NCBI GenBank assembly: GCA_029077825.1
Contig: JAQNCT010000005.1
Span: 5,226 to 69,225 of the forward strand
Direction: 5' to 3'
Source of the DNA: Acidocella sp.
GTDB lineage: Bacteria > Pseudomonadota > Alphaproteobacteria > Acetobacterales > Acetobacteraceae
Length of the DNA: 64,000 bases
Made by a program: the position numbers and the translations under genes. Below, piece after piece: positions 18,911-28,410 of the stretch; the first letter of the stretch is position 1; each line of letters begins with the position of its first letter. The notes under the pieces are model-generated. The model had not been told where the DNA came from, did no database searches, and saw only the letters and a list, made by a program, of their open reading frames with translations.

Positions 18911-20329
18911 CGGCGTCTGCGCGGTTAGTTGCCACTGCTGGGTAAGCTCTGATTCAATTTTGGGTATGGCGGTTTTGCTGGCATCATCCAGCATAAGGGT
19001 TGCCAGAATAACGCGTGGCTCAGCTGACAAATCTGGCAATGTGGCGCCGTGAATTAAAATAATGCGCATGGCGGGCTGTGCCGCTGCAATAAAAGGGCCT
19101 GGGATTCCCACGCCGTCATTGCCATAAGGCAATAAAACCAAAATATGCGCGTTTGAATTGGCAGCAACAGCGGCGGCGGCTTGTGGCTGGGCGGTAGCAG
19201 GCGCGAAGGCCAGCCCGATGATGCCAAGGCTCTCAGTGAAAAGCAGCGCATTTCGCAAAGTGGCTGGTTTTATTGAAGCGCAAAGCAAGCCGATATAAGG
19301 CAGGCTAAACGCGCAATAACGGATTTCAATGGGTGTGTTGTTGAAGATAACCCCAAGTGCCAGCAGGCCCAGTGGTGTGGCGGCAGCGGTGAGGGTGAGT
19401 GTGGGCGTGAAACGCGCAGCATTGTGGTGTTTGATTATGGCGATGGCGCAAACAATGCTGAGCACGGCAAGAGCGATAATTACAAGCGGTGCAAAACTGC
19501 CGGCATAAAGCGGTAAGCCGCCAAACAGTGCGGCAGCTTGGTCTTTTGCCAATAATTCCAGGGCATGGACCAGATGGAATGGCGCGAATTGCCCAGTGCG
19601 GGAGCCGCGTTGCGCAAGAAAGAAATATAAATCGGCTGGAATGAAGCAGGCAATGCCGAGACTGGTGGTGAGGACTGTGCTGAGGCGGCTGCCGCTTGCG
19701 TGGAGACCACGAGTTGAATGGATGATGAGTTGGCTGCCCAATAGGCCGAGTGGGGTGAAAATAGCTAAATAGTTGCTGAAGCTGGCAGCACCGAACGCAA
19801 GGCCGGCTGCGAAGCTGGGTAGGCTTTTACCCACTCGGGAATGGCGGACATATAAGGCAAAGCCCAGCAGGTTGAAAAACTGCGCAAGCGCAAAACCCCG
19901 GGCGGTGATGCTGGTGTAAGCAAAGCCATAGGCCAAAAGCGTTATGAGGATTGTGGCAAGAACTGGGGTTTTTAACAGCCGTGCCGCCCAGCCCAGGGCG
20001 ATGAGACCCACCAGTGAGACCAAGACCGAGAGCAAACGAGCCGCGAACCAACCAGGCCCGCTGATGTGGCGCCATTGGTCGAGAAGCCAGAAATAAAGTG
20101 GCGGGTGAACATCACCGGTTCGTAAGTCTGTGGCGATTTGGCCAAGGCCTGGGTTGCCAATAAACAAAGCGCGCACTTGGGTAGGCGTGAAAACCCCGGT
20201 TGGCCAAGGCGGGCGGGCATGCGCGCTGGTGAGGAATATGGAATAGGCTTCATCATATTCGGGTGGGCGAACATAGGCGATGGTGGTGAGAACCGCGGCG
20301 GCAAACAGCAAGGTGGCAAGCAGGCGCAT
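18866..20329 (-). CDS. ArnT/PMT-like (GT39/GT83-type) polyprenyl-phosphate-dependent membrane glycosyltransferase
   Basis: 487 aa polytopic protein with YDEAYS and DVHPPLYFWLL in the first loop. Its 3' end overlaps the convergent DUF4149 gene by 45 nt. Confidence 0.65.
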   Translation of the reverse strand: MRLLATLLFAAAVLTTIAYVRPPEYDEAYSIFLTSAHARPPWPTGVFTPTQVRALFIGNPGLGQIATDLRTGDVHPPLYFWLLDQWRHISGPGWFAARLLSVLVSLVGLIALGWAARLLKTPVLATILITLLAYGFAYTSITARGFALAQFFNLLGFALYVRHSRVGKSLPSFAAGLAFGAASFSNYLAIFTPLGLLGSQLIIHSTRGLHASGSRLSTVLTTSLGIACFIPADLYFFLAQRGSRTGQFAPFHLVHALELLAKDQAAALFGGLPLYAGSFAPLVIIALAVLSIVCAIAIIKHHNAARFTPTLTLTAAATPLGLLALGVIFNNTPIEIRYCAFSLPYIGLLCASIKPATLRNALLFTESLGIIGLAFAPATAQPQAAAAVAANSNAHILVLLPYGNDGVGIPGPFIAAAQPAMRIILIHGATLPDLSAEPRVILATLMLDDASKTAIPKIESELTQQWQLTAQTPLTRAYQQRGFHQQP

Positions 20330-20385
20330 GCAACCGAAGGTAGTAGCAAACTATGGGGCGGGCAAGGAAACTGTAGGGGGTGGAA

Positions 20386-20548
20386 GATCCTCGCCTGCGC
20401 GAGGATGACGAAGGGGGGGCGCGAGGATGACGGGGCGCGCGAGGGTGGTGGGGGCACGGGGATGATGGGGGTGTGCGAGGATGACGAAGGGGAGCGTGGA
20501 GGAGATCCTCGCCTGCGCGAGGATGACGGTTGGGCGCGAAGATGACGG
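20386..20548. repeat. REP-like cluster: two identical hairpins GATCCTCGCCTGCGCGAGGATGACG (20386-20410, 20504-20528) plus GCGAGGATGAC half-copies
   Basis: Read directly from the sequence. Half-copies lie at 20421-20433, 20475-20486 and 20534-20548. Confidence 0.85.
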
Positions 20549-20568
20549 GGTGCGCGCGGGTGGTAGGG

Positions 20569-21657
20569 CTAGCCTAGTAACCGGCCGATGACGCGGGCGG
20601 TATAGTCCACAACCGGGATAATTTTGCCGTAATTAATGCGGGTGGGGCCAATAACGCCGATGGCGCCTACAATACGGTTTTGCGCGTTGCGGGCCGGGGC
20701 CACCACCATTGAGACGCCGGCGGCACCAAACAGGCCGGATTCCGCACCGATGAAAATCCGCACCCCATCCGAGGTTTCAGCCAAATCGAGCAGTTTCAGC
20801 ATGGTCTCCTCAGTCTCGAGACGCTCAAAAAGCGCTTGGATGGCGCCAAGTTTTTCCAGCTGGTCAACATCAGCCAGCAAGCGCCCCTGGCCGCGCAATA
20901 TCAATGAACCCGCCCTGCCCTCACTGCTCCAGGTGGCAAGCCCGGCGTTGATGACAAAATTGGTAAGGCCATCAAGCGCGGTACGGTCAGCGCTGATGTC
21001 AGCGCTGACGTGGCTGCGCAGTTCAGTTAAGGAGCGCCCGGAGAGTTGGGCGTTCAAATAATTGCTGGCTTGTTGCAAAGCTGAGGGTGGCAGGCCGGGC
21101 GGCGTTTCAATAATGCGGTTTTCTACCTGGCCATCAGCCGAGACCAGCACCACCAGGGCGCGCCCAGGCGAGAGGGGTACAAATTCAATATGCTTCACCG
21201 GGCCATCACCTTTGGGGGCCAGCACCAGGCCGGCGGCGGCGGAAAGGCCAGAGAGCATGGTGCTGGCCTGGGCCAAAGTATCCTGCAAGGAGCGGCCAGA
21301 TTGCGCGAGGGCAGCGTTAATGGTGCCGCGTTCATCCTCTGAAATTTCACCAAATTGCAGCAAACCATCAACAAACAACCGCAAGCCACGGTCAGTGGGG
21401 AGGCGCCCGGCGGAGGTGTGCGGGGAGAATAGCAACCCAGCGTCGGTTAGGTCAGCCATCACGTTGCGGATGGTGGCTGGTGAGAGGTTCAGCGGCAGCA
21501 GGCGTGCAAGGGTGCGGCTGCCAACCGGCTCACCAGTTTCAACATATTGCTCAACAATTTCACGCAGCACCGCCGCTGAGCGCACATCAAGCCCCGGGGG
21601 CAAGCGGGGCGGCAAGCGGGGCGGGGGTTTCGGTGGTGGGTGTGTCCTATGGTCCAT
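20569..21657 (-). CDS. hrcA: Heat-inducible transcription repressor HrcA with a Pro-rich N-terminal extension
   Basis: REIVEQYVETGEPVGSRTL winged-helix N-terminus. I prefer the start at ATG 21657, because the ORF-track start at 21699 would overlap rph. Confidence 0.9.
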   Translation of the reverse strand: MDHRTHPPPKPPPRLPPRLPPGLDVRSAAVLREIVEQYVETGEPVGSRTLARLLPLNLSPATIRNVMADLTDAGLLFSPHTSAGRLPTDRGLRLFVDGLLQFGEISEDERGTINAALAQSGRSLQDTLAQASTMLSGLSAAAGLVLAPKGDGPVKHIEFVPLSPGRALVVLVSADGQVENRIIETPPGLPPSALQQASNYLNAQLSGRSLTELRSHVSADISADRTALDGLTNFVINAGLATWSSEGRAGSLILRGQGRLLADVDQLEKLGAIQALFERLETEETMLKLLDLAETSDGVRIFIGAESGLFGAAGVSMVVAPARNAQNRIVGAIGVIGPTRINYGKIIPVVDYTARVIGRLLG

Positions 21658-21710
21658 GGGCTTAGCCTCGTCTAATAGCACGGCGACGATTGAAATCACA
21701 GGAGATAGAC

Positions 21711-22427
21711 ATGCGCCCTTCAGGACGAAATTTTGACCAGCTACGCAGCGTTAGCATCACCACCGGGTTTTCGCACCACGCCGAAGGCTCGGCGTTGATC
21801 AAAATGGGCGGGACCGAGGTGTTATGCACCGCCAGCGTGGAGGGCAAGGTGCCAGGCTTTATGCGTGGCCAGGGTGAAGGCTGGGTGACAGCGGAATATG
21901 GCATGCTGCCACGCGCCACCCACACACGTGGTGACCGTGAAGCCGCACGCGGCAAACAATCAGGCCGCACGCAGGAGATACAACGCTTGATCGGGCGTAG
22001 CCTGCGGGCTGTGGTGGACCGTAAATTGCTGGGCGAGATGACCATCACGCTCGATTGTGATGTGCTGAACGCTGATGGCGGCACCCGCTGTGCTTCCATC
22101 ACCGGGGCTTATGTGGCGCTGGCTTTGGCGTTGCGTAAGTTGCAGGCGAATAATGTGTTGAAGGCAAACCCGCTGGTGGGACAAGTCTCGGCTATTTCCT
22201 GCGGAATTTACAATGGCGTGGCGGTGCTGGATTTAGATTACGCGGAGGATTCCGCGGCTGATGCGGACGCTAATTTTATCCTCACCGGGGGTGGCGGCAT
22301 TATTGAAATTCAGGCGACCGCCGAGAAAGCGACATTTGATGATGCGGCGTTTGCTGATTTGATGGCGCTGGCGCGCAAAGGAACGGCGGAACTGTTTGCC
22401 GCCCAGGATGCGATTTTGAAAGGTTGA
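21711..22427 (+). CDS. rph: Ribonuclease PH
   Basis: [42 protein letters not shown]... with a GGAGA RBS at 21701-21705. Confidence 0.95.
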   Translation: MRPSGRNFDQLRSVSITTGFSHHAEGSALIKMGGTEVLCTASVEGKVPGFMRGQGEGWVTAEYGMLPRATHTRGDREAARGKQSGRTQEIQRLIGRSLRAVVDRKLLGEMTITLDCDVLNADGGTRCASITGAYVALALALRKLQANNVLKANPLVGQVSAISCGIYNGVAVLDLDYAEDSAADADANFILTGGGGIIEIQATAEKATFDDAAFADLMALARKGTAELFAAQDAILKG

Positions 22428-23005
22428 GTAGGATGCAGCGGATACTGGTGGCGACTCATAATAAAGGCAAGCTGGCGGCGTTCGCTGGGATGCTGGAGCC
22501 ACTGGGGTATGACATGGTTTCGGCCGGAGAACTGGGGCTGGCGGAGCCGGAAGAGACTGGCGCCAGCTTTGCGGAGAATGCAAAAATCAAGGCACAGGCA
22601 GCAGCTTTGGCTTCGGGCTTGCCAGCATTGGCGGATGATTCAGGGCTGTGCGTGGCTGCTTTGGGGGGAGCGCCTGGGGTTTATTCGGCACGCTATGCGG
22701 CAGGCGATTACCCAGCAGCCATGCAGCGGATTATCGCGGCGTGTGAGGCGGCACAGGAATGGCGGGCGCGCTTTGTTTGTGCGCTATGTTACGCGCAACC
22801 AAACGGTGAGGCCGCAACTTACATTGGCCAGTCAGACGGTGTGATTGCAAAAACTCCCGAAGGAAGCGGCGGGTTTGGCTATGACCCGATTTTTGTGCCG
22901 CTTGGGTACCAGCACAGCTATGCAGTGCTGGGCGCGGCGGTAAAGGATGTAACCAGCCACCGCGCGCGGGCGTTGGCACAGCTGGTAAGCGCGCTGCGCG
23001 GGTGA
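22424..23005 (+). CDS. rdgB: Non-canonical purine NTP pyrophosphatase RdgB
   Basis: 193 aa with the [15 protein letters not shown] and GFGYDPIF motifs. Confidence 0.92.
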   Translation: MSRMQRILVATHNKGKLAAFAGMLEPLGYDMVSAGELGLAEPEETGASFAENAKIKAQAAALASGLPALADDSGLCVAALGGAPGVYSARYAAGDYPAAMQRIIAACEAAQEWRARFVCALCYAQPNGEAATYIGQSDGVIAKTPEGSGGFGYDPIFVPLGYQHSYAVLGAAVKDVTSHRARALAQLVSALRG

Positions 23006-23386
23006 AGCCATCCAACCGTCATCCTCACACTCTATCGTCATCCTCGCGTAGGCGAGGATCTTCTAAGGTCATGTTTTCAGACGGGGGGGTTCCCGCCTGC
23101 GCGGGAATGACAAGAAAAAAAGCGGGAATGACGGGGGAAAAGCGGGAATGACGGAGGAAATAGCCGGGGTGACATAAAGCAGGTGCGCCTGCTGCGCGGG
23201 TGAAGCCGCCCAGCCGTCATCCTCACTTAAAACCATCACTCCTTGCGTCCAATCGTCATCCTCGCGCAGGCGAGGATCTTCTTAGCGTAGGATTTCAGAC
23301 GAGAAGATTCCCGCCTGCGCGGGAATGACGGAGTGAGGTGGGAATGACGGAGGAAAGCGAGAAGGGCAGCGAACGCGGGAATGACG
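22993..23386. repeat. Two imperfect tandem units of about 198 bp. Each holds the last 13 nt of rdgB, a GTCATCCTCGC hairpin, an oppositely oriented GCGGGAATGAC hairpin and half-copies.
   Basis: Unit 1 starts at 22993 and unit 2 at 23191; both begin GCTGCGCGGGTGAAGCC. Hairpins lie at 23036-23059, 23088-23111, 23254-23277 and 23306-23330. Confidence 0.85.
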
Positions 23387-23406
23387 GGGAGAAGCGGCCA
23401 GAATGC

Positions 23407-25188
23407 CTAAGGTTTAATCGTATTCAGCACAATCTGCGGTGTTAGTATTTGCGGCAGTGTTACCGGCGCGCCATTATTGGGTGGGTAGTAAATATAAAGC
23501 GGCACGCCGTCACGGTGGTTGGCTTCAAGGAAGGCTGAAATCTCCGGGCTGCGGTTCGTCCAATCCCCCACCAAGGTTTTAATATGAGCAGCATTGAAGG
23601 CGGCTTGCACGTCGGGGTTGGTGAGCGAGCTGTGTTCGTTCACCAGGCATGTAACGCACCAGGCCGCTGTCATGTCGATGAACACCGGCTCGCCTGCGGC
23701 ACGCTCTTGCGCCAGTTGGGCGGTGCTAAAGGGCTGTGCATTGGGCAGGCTCAACGCTGGGGCGGCGGGGTTAAGCTGGGTAACAAACACCCAGGCCAGC
23801 CATATGAACGTTGCAAACATCGGCAGGCTGAGGATGCGTTGCAAATTGCGCATCCAAGCACCTGGGCGCGGTAGTTTGGCAGCGATTCCCGGGATCAGCG
23901 CGATCAGTAAAAACGGTGCTGCAAGCCCAAGCCCAAGTGCCAGAAAAATACCAAACGCCACATAAAACGGTGCGGCAAGTGCGGCGGCGATGGCACCGCC
24001 CATGAATGGCGCGGTGCAGGGTGTGGCCACTGCCACGGCCAGCAGCCCGGTAAAAAAACTGCCTTTGCTGGCTAGCGAACTGCCAATATTCTCAAGGCCA
24101 GAGATGGAGAATAATCCAGCGAGATTGAGCGCGATGGCGAGGATCAACAACGCCAGCACGCCAACAAAAATCGGCGATTGCAGCTGAAAGCCCCAGCCAG
24201 CCTGGTCACCAAGTGCGCGCAAGCCCAGCAGCAGCCCACCGATGAAGGTGAAGGCTACCAGTACGCCGAGCGTGTAGCCATACGCCTCCCGCCGGATTTT
24301 GGCGTGGCCTTGGCCGCCGAGGCGGGCAATGGCCAGGGCCTTCATTGCCAGAATCGGGAACACGCAGGGCATCAGATTGAGGATGATACCGCCGAGGAAG
24401 GCGAGGCCGAGCCATACAATGGCGGCGGTGGTAACCGGAGCGGCACCGGCAGCGGCGCTAACGTTCAACGCCTGCATCACCCCTGAGGGATCGGTGAGTT
24501 CCAGGATACCGGTGATGCCGGCGGGGGTGAAGCCGGGGCCGGGTTGCAGCCGTAGGGTGAGGCCGGTGGCGGTAAACGCCAGGGTTTGCGGGGCGGCGTT
24601 AATAATCGCATCAGGTTTGGTGGGGAAAAACCGCGCGGCCTTCACTTGCGCCTGGGTAGGGCCGCTGACGATGAGCGTGCCATCGGGCGCGATGCTGGTG
24701 GCGAAGGGGGAATTCACAATCACGGGTGGGGTGAATAGCGCAGCTTCGGCGGCGGGGGAGCCATCGAGGTTTAAGGCAAATTTTGCGTGCTCGGGAATGC
24801 AAACGTCAGCGCAGACCAGCCAGTTGGCCGTGGCATTAACAATGGGGCCGGTGTTACTGGCCTGGAACGGCAGCAGCACATCCCCGGAGAGCACATAGGC
24901 GCCCACCGGGCCTTGCAGTAAAAACTCCGGTGGCGGGAAGCTGATGTCACCGGCACTGGCAGGCGGGGTGAGCTTGAAGGTGGGGGCGAACCCGGCGTCG
25001 CCAGGGTTTGACCAATAAATATGCCAGCCGGGATTCAGGTGAAACTTCAAAGCCAGCGTGACATTGCCAGGTGTGTTGGACTGGCTGACCAAGGCCACAG
25101 TATCACGCGCGGAGGTGAATAAATTGCTGGTGGCGGCGGCGGCAAGGCTGGGAAGCAGCAGGCCGAGGAGCAGGACGAGGATGCGCAT
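23407..25188 (-). CDS. DsbD-family thiol:disulfide interchange protein (N-terminal periplasmic domain, CcdA-like TM core, C-terminal thioredoxin fold)
   Basis: 593 aa with a signal peptide. TM-core motifs are NLMPCVFPIL and VATPCTAPFMGGA. The C-terminal motif is AAWCVTC. Confidence 0.85.
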   Translation of the reverse strand: MRILVLLLGLLLPSLAAAATSNLFTSARDTVALVSQSNTPGNVTLALKFHLNPGWHIYWSNPGDAGFAPTFKLTPPASAGDISFPPPEFLLQGPVGAYVLSGDVLLPFQASNTGPIVNATANWLVCADVCIPEHAKFALNLDGSPAAEAALFTPPVIVNSPFATSIAPDGTLIVSGPTQAQVKAARFFPTKPDAIINAAPQTLAFTATGLTLRLQPGPGFTPAGITGILELTDPSGVMQALNVSAAAGAAPVTTAAIVWLGLAFLGGIILNLMPCVFPILAMKALAIARLGGQGHAKIRREAYGYTLGVLVAFTFIGGLLLGLRALGDQAGWGFQLQSPIFVGVLALLILAIALNLAGLFSISGLENIGSSLASKGSFFTGLLAVAVATPCTAPFMGGAIAAALAAPFYVAFGIFLALGLGLAAPFLLIALIPGIAAKLPRPGAWMRNLQRILSLPMFATFIWLAWVFVTQLNPAAPALSLPNAQPFSTAQLAQERAAGEPVFIDMTAAWCVTCLVNEHSSLTNPDVQAAFNAAHIKTLVGDWTNRSPEISAFLEANHRDGVPLYIYYPPNNGAPVTLPQILTPQIVLNTIKP

Positions 25189-25236
25189 GGGTTGGTATAT
25201 CGCACGGCGCGCGGCTGAGTGGTACGGGGGATAGTT

Positions 25237-27672
25237 ATGATTGATTTGTCATTGTTTGACCTGCCGGTGGCCGAGGTGCTGCCGGCCTTGCTGGCAAGCC
25301 TGAACCAGCGCCCCAACGCCGTGCTGGTGGCCCCACCCGGGGCTGGCAAAACCACATTGGTGCCGTTGGCATTGATGCAGGCGGGCTATGGGAAAATTCT
25401 ATTGTTGGAGCCTCGGCGGCTGGCGGCGCGGGCAGCTGCCCAGCGGATGGCGAGCCTGCTGGGCGAGACCGTGGGGCAGCGGGTGGGGTTTCGCACCCGG
25501 CTGGAGAGCGCGGTTTCAGCGGCTACGGTGGTGGAGGTGATCACGGAAGGTTTACTCACTAGCCGGCTGCTGGCGGACCCTGGGCTGGAGGGTGTGGCCT
25601 GCGTGATATTTGATGAGGTACATGAGCGCAGTTTGGAGGCGGACTTGGCATTGGCCATGGTGCTGGATTTGCAATGCGGTTTGCGGCCCGCGTTGCGGCT
25701 GGTGGCAATGTCAGCCACCGCCGATGCCGGACCGCTGGCCAGCCTGCTGGACGCACCGGTGATTGCCAGTGATGGCCGGATGCACGCTGTGGAGATTGTG
25801 CATGCGCCGCGTGACATTCCAACCGTGCGGGACTTGCCCCTGGCAGCGGCCAAGGCGGTGCGGGAGGCCTTGGTAGCCCACCCCGGTGATATTTTAGTAT
25901 TTTTGCCCGGCATGGCGGAAATCCGGCGGACCCAGACCGAGCTTGCAGCCTGCCCGGCGCTGGTGTTGCCACTGCATGGGGATTTAACTCCGCAAGCGCA
26001 GGATTTGGCATTGCGCCAGCATGAACGCCGCCGGGTGGTGCTGGCAACCTCGATTGCGGAAACCTCGCTCACGGTGCCAGGGGTGCGCATTGTGATTGAT
26101 GGCGGGTTCCGCCGTGCGCCCCGGCTGGATGTAAATTCTGGCCTCACCCGCCTGACCACCTTGCGGATCAGCCGGGCGGCGGCGGTACAGCGTGCCGGCC
26201 GGGCCGGGCGGGAAGCGCCGGGGGTGGGTATTCGTCTATGGTCGGAGGCGTTGCACCGGGGGCTGGCTGCATTTGAGCGGCCGGAGATTTTTGAGGGGGA
26301 ACTCTCCGGGCTGGTGCTGGCGTGTGCGGCGTGGGGGGCGCGGCCTGAGGATTTACCATTTATTGACCCACCACCGCCGGGTGCTGTGCAGGCCGCACGG
26401 GCGCTGCTGGTGGAATTGGGCGCGCTTGATGAGGCGCATCGTTTAACCACGTTAGGCCGGGCGATGGCGAAGTTGCGCGCCACGCCCCGGCTGGCAGCCA
26501 TGATGTGTGCGGCAGCCTCACCGCAGGAACGCGCATTGGCAGCGGATTTGGCGGCCCTGCTGGAGGAGCGTGACCCGCTGGCGCGCTCAGGCGATGCCCC
26601 AGCGGATATTCTGCTGCGGCTGGAGGCCATAGCCGGGCGTGGAAGTGGTGCGCTTCAGGCTGACACGCCTCAGGCTGATCAGGGCGCATTGGCGCGCATC
26701 CGTCAGGCGGCAGGCATTTACCGCACGCGGCTGGGCTTGCCCAAAAACGCCGTGGCGGCAGGGGATGCCGGGGGATTGTTGGCCGCCGCCTTTATTGACC
26801 GGGTGGGCCAAAGCCGGGGGGAGCCGGGGTCTTACCGGTTGTCAGGCGGTGGCAGTGGCAAGTTAAACCCAACTGACCCGCTGGCACGCAGCAAGTTAAT
26901 TGTGGTAGCCGCGCTGGATGCCAAAGGCGCCAAAGTGCGGCTGGCGGCGCGATTGGATGCCGATGATCTACCGGGGCCGCTCAAAGCGCGGTTAAAAAGC
27001 ACGCGCGAGACAGCGTTTGATCCGGTAAGCGGTGGTGTGGCAACGCGCGAGCGGCTGCGGCTGGGGGCTTTGGTGTTGTCAGATAAATCATCCCCGCCCG
27101 CCCCGCAGGAAGCACAAGCGGCGCTGGCCAGGGCGGTGGCGGCGCGGCTGGAGATTCTGGATTGGTCGGATGCCGTGTTGAGCTTGCAGGCGCGGGCAGC
27201 GGTGATGCGACGCATCGCGCCGGAGTTTCCGGATATTTCACAGCCTGTTTTGGCGGGCACAAGTGATGTGTGGCTGGCACCTTATCTGGCCGGGATGAGC
27301 CATATTCGCGAAGTGAAAAGCCTCGATTTATTAAATATTCTGCGCAATTTTATTGGGTATGAAAATGCCTGCGCGCTGGACAAAGCGCTGCCAGTTGCGT
27401 TGGATTTACCGCACGGCCCGGTGCGGATTGATTACACCGGGCCGGTGCCGGTGGCAGCCGCGCGCGCCAAGGTTTTTTATGGGCAGGATGCCACGCCAAA
27501 ACTGGCGGGCGGCCGCGTGCCGCTGCAAATTTCGTTGCTCTCACCTGCGGGCCGGCCGATTGCAATTACCGGGGATTTAGCCTCATTTTGGCGCCATGGC
27601 TGGGCCGATGCCAGGCGCGATATGCGCGGGCGCTACCCCAAACATGACTGGCCAGAGGAGCCTTGGCGCTGA
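25237..27672 (+). CDS. hrpB: ATP-dependent RNA helicase HrpB
   Basis: Motifs APPGAGKTT, FDEVHERS, MSAT and QRAGRAGR. About 811 aa counted from ATG 25237; the ORF-track GTG is at 25219. Confidence 0.92.
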   Translation: MIDLSLFDLPVAEVLPALLASLNQRPNAVLVAPPGAGKTTLVPLALMQAGYGKILLLEPRRLAARAAAQRMASLLGETVGQRVGFRTRLESAVSAATVVEVITEGLLTSRLLADPGLEGVACVIFDEVHERSLEADLALAMVLDLQCGLRPALRLVAMSATADAGPLASLLDAPVIASDGRMHAVEIVHAPRDIPTVRDLPLAAAKAVREALVAHPGDILVFLPGMAEIRRTQTELAACPALVLPLHGDLTPQAQDLALRQHERRRVVLATSIAETSLTVPGVRIVIDGGFRRAPRLDVNSGLTRLTTLRISRAAAVQRAGRAGREAPGVGIRLWSEALHRGLAAFERPEIFEGELSGLVLACAAWGARPEDLPFIDPPPPGAVQAARALLVELGALDEAHRLTTLGRAMAKLRATPRLAAMMCAAASPQERALAADLAALLEERDPLARSGDAPADILLRLEAIAGRGSGALQADTPQADQGALARIRQAAGIYRTRLGLPKNAVAAGDAGGLLAAAFIDRVGQSRGEPGSYRLSGGGSGKLNPTDPLARSKLIVVAALDAKGAKVRLAARLDADDLPGPLKARLKSTRETAFDPVSGGVATRERLRLGALVLSDKSSPPAPQEAQAALARAVAARLEILDWSDAVLSLQARAAVMRRIAPEFPDISQPVLAGTSDVWLAPYLAGMSHIREVKSLDLLNILRNFIGYENACALDKALPVALDLPHGPVRIDYTGPVPVAAARAKVFYGQDATPKLAGGRVPLQISLLSPAGRPIAITGDLASFWRHGWADARRDMRGRYPKHDWPEEPWR

Positions 27673-27675
27673 GCG

Positions 27676-28410
27676 TTAGGCCGTGGCAAGGGCGCGGCTG
27701 AGTAACCGTGAGAGATGAATGGTGAGGGCCAGGGTGGCGCCAGCACCCAAAATAAGCAGGGCAGTGCGGATGTGGCTTTCACTGCTAAGGCTGGTGCCGC
27801 CTAGCTTGCCGATGGCGACATAGCCGAGCAGAGCAGGAAGCGATGCCATGGTGCCAATAATGTAAGCTCGTAGCGTGATGCCGGAGAGGCCAAGAACATA
27901 CGAGGTAAGGGAAAACGGCATCACCGGTGAAACCCGCAACAGCGCCACCAGTCGCCAGCTATCTTGCGCGAGCCGTTGATCGAGGCTGGCAAGTTTGGCG
28001 CGCCGCCCCGCAAGGTTGACGATCAAGGGCCGCGCCAATGAGCGGCTGAGCGCAAAAGCGATGATGGCGCCAATAAAAATACCAAGTGCGCTGGTGATGA
28101 AGCCGAGGGTGACGCCATACACCGCACCGGCTGCCATACCGAGCAGGGATGCCGGGAGGATGCCGACGAGTGCCACCACGGCTTCAGCTGTGATGAAGAT
28201 GAGCCAGCCGAGCGGGCCAAGGTTACGTAAGGCTTGGGTGACACTGGTGATGTGGCTGGTGAGGCTGTGCGGCAGAAACAGGCTGACAGCGATGCAGAGG
28301 ATAACAATGGCGGCGATGACCCGTGGGATTGCTTTGCGCCACCCAGCCCGGCTTGCTTCACTCTGACTCTGCTGCGGCTGACAATGGTGGTCGGTGGGTG
28401 TTGCGGGCAT
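27676..28410 (-). CDS. TVP38/TMEM64 (DedA-superfamily) membrane protein
   Basis: 244 aa polytopic protein with a typical TVP38 layout. An ATGA overlap joins it to the upstream GT2 gene. Confidence 0.65.
   Translation of the reverse strand: MPATPTDHHCQPQQSQSEASRAGWRKAIPRVIAAIVILCIAVSLFLPHSLTSHITSVTQALRNLGPLGWLIFITAEAVVALVGILPASLLGMAAGAVYGVTLGFITSALGIFIGAIIAFALSRSLARPLIVNLAGRRAKLASLDQRLAQDSWRLVALLRVSPVMPFSLTSYVLGLSGITLRAYIIGTMASLPALLGYVAIGKLGGTSLSSESHIRTALLILGAGATLALTIHLSRLLSRALATA

Noticed and set aside
21658-21710. A possible CIRCE operator (TTAGCACTC-N9-GAGTGCTAA) in the hrcA-rph intergenic spacer.
   Set aside because: Only a partial left-arm resemblance exists (TTAGCCTCG at 21662-21670). 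No matching right arm occurs at the required spacing.
20386-23386. The possibility that the regularly recurring GC-rich repeats are CRISPR arrays.
   Set aside because: The repeats are palindromic hairpins of about 24 nt with truncated half-copies, their spacing is irregular and short (5-40 nt), the stem sequence varies between clusters, and there are no cas genes. That is REP-type architecture, not CRISPR.
25386-26630. A 414-aa ORF antisense to hrpB. Similar long antisense ORFs occur at 34168..35301 (377 aa, opposite the MFS gene), 3664..4428 (opposite the Hint protein), 17207..17917 (opposite ahcY), 21062..21736 (opposite hrcA) and 44649..45449 (opposite the crp-family gene).
   Set aside because: Their Ala/Arg/Ser/Pro-rich low-complexity translations are typical of the reverse frame of GC-rich genes. 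The sense strand carries unmistakable conserved motifs in each case, and none of these ORFs has an RBS or a recognisable domain.
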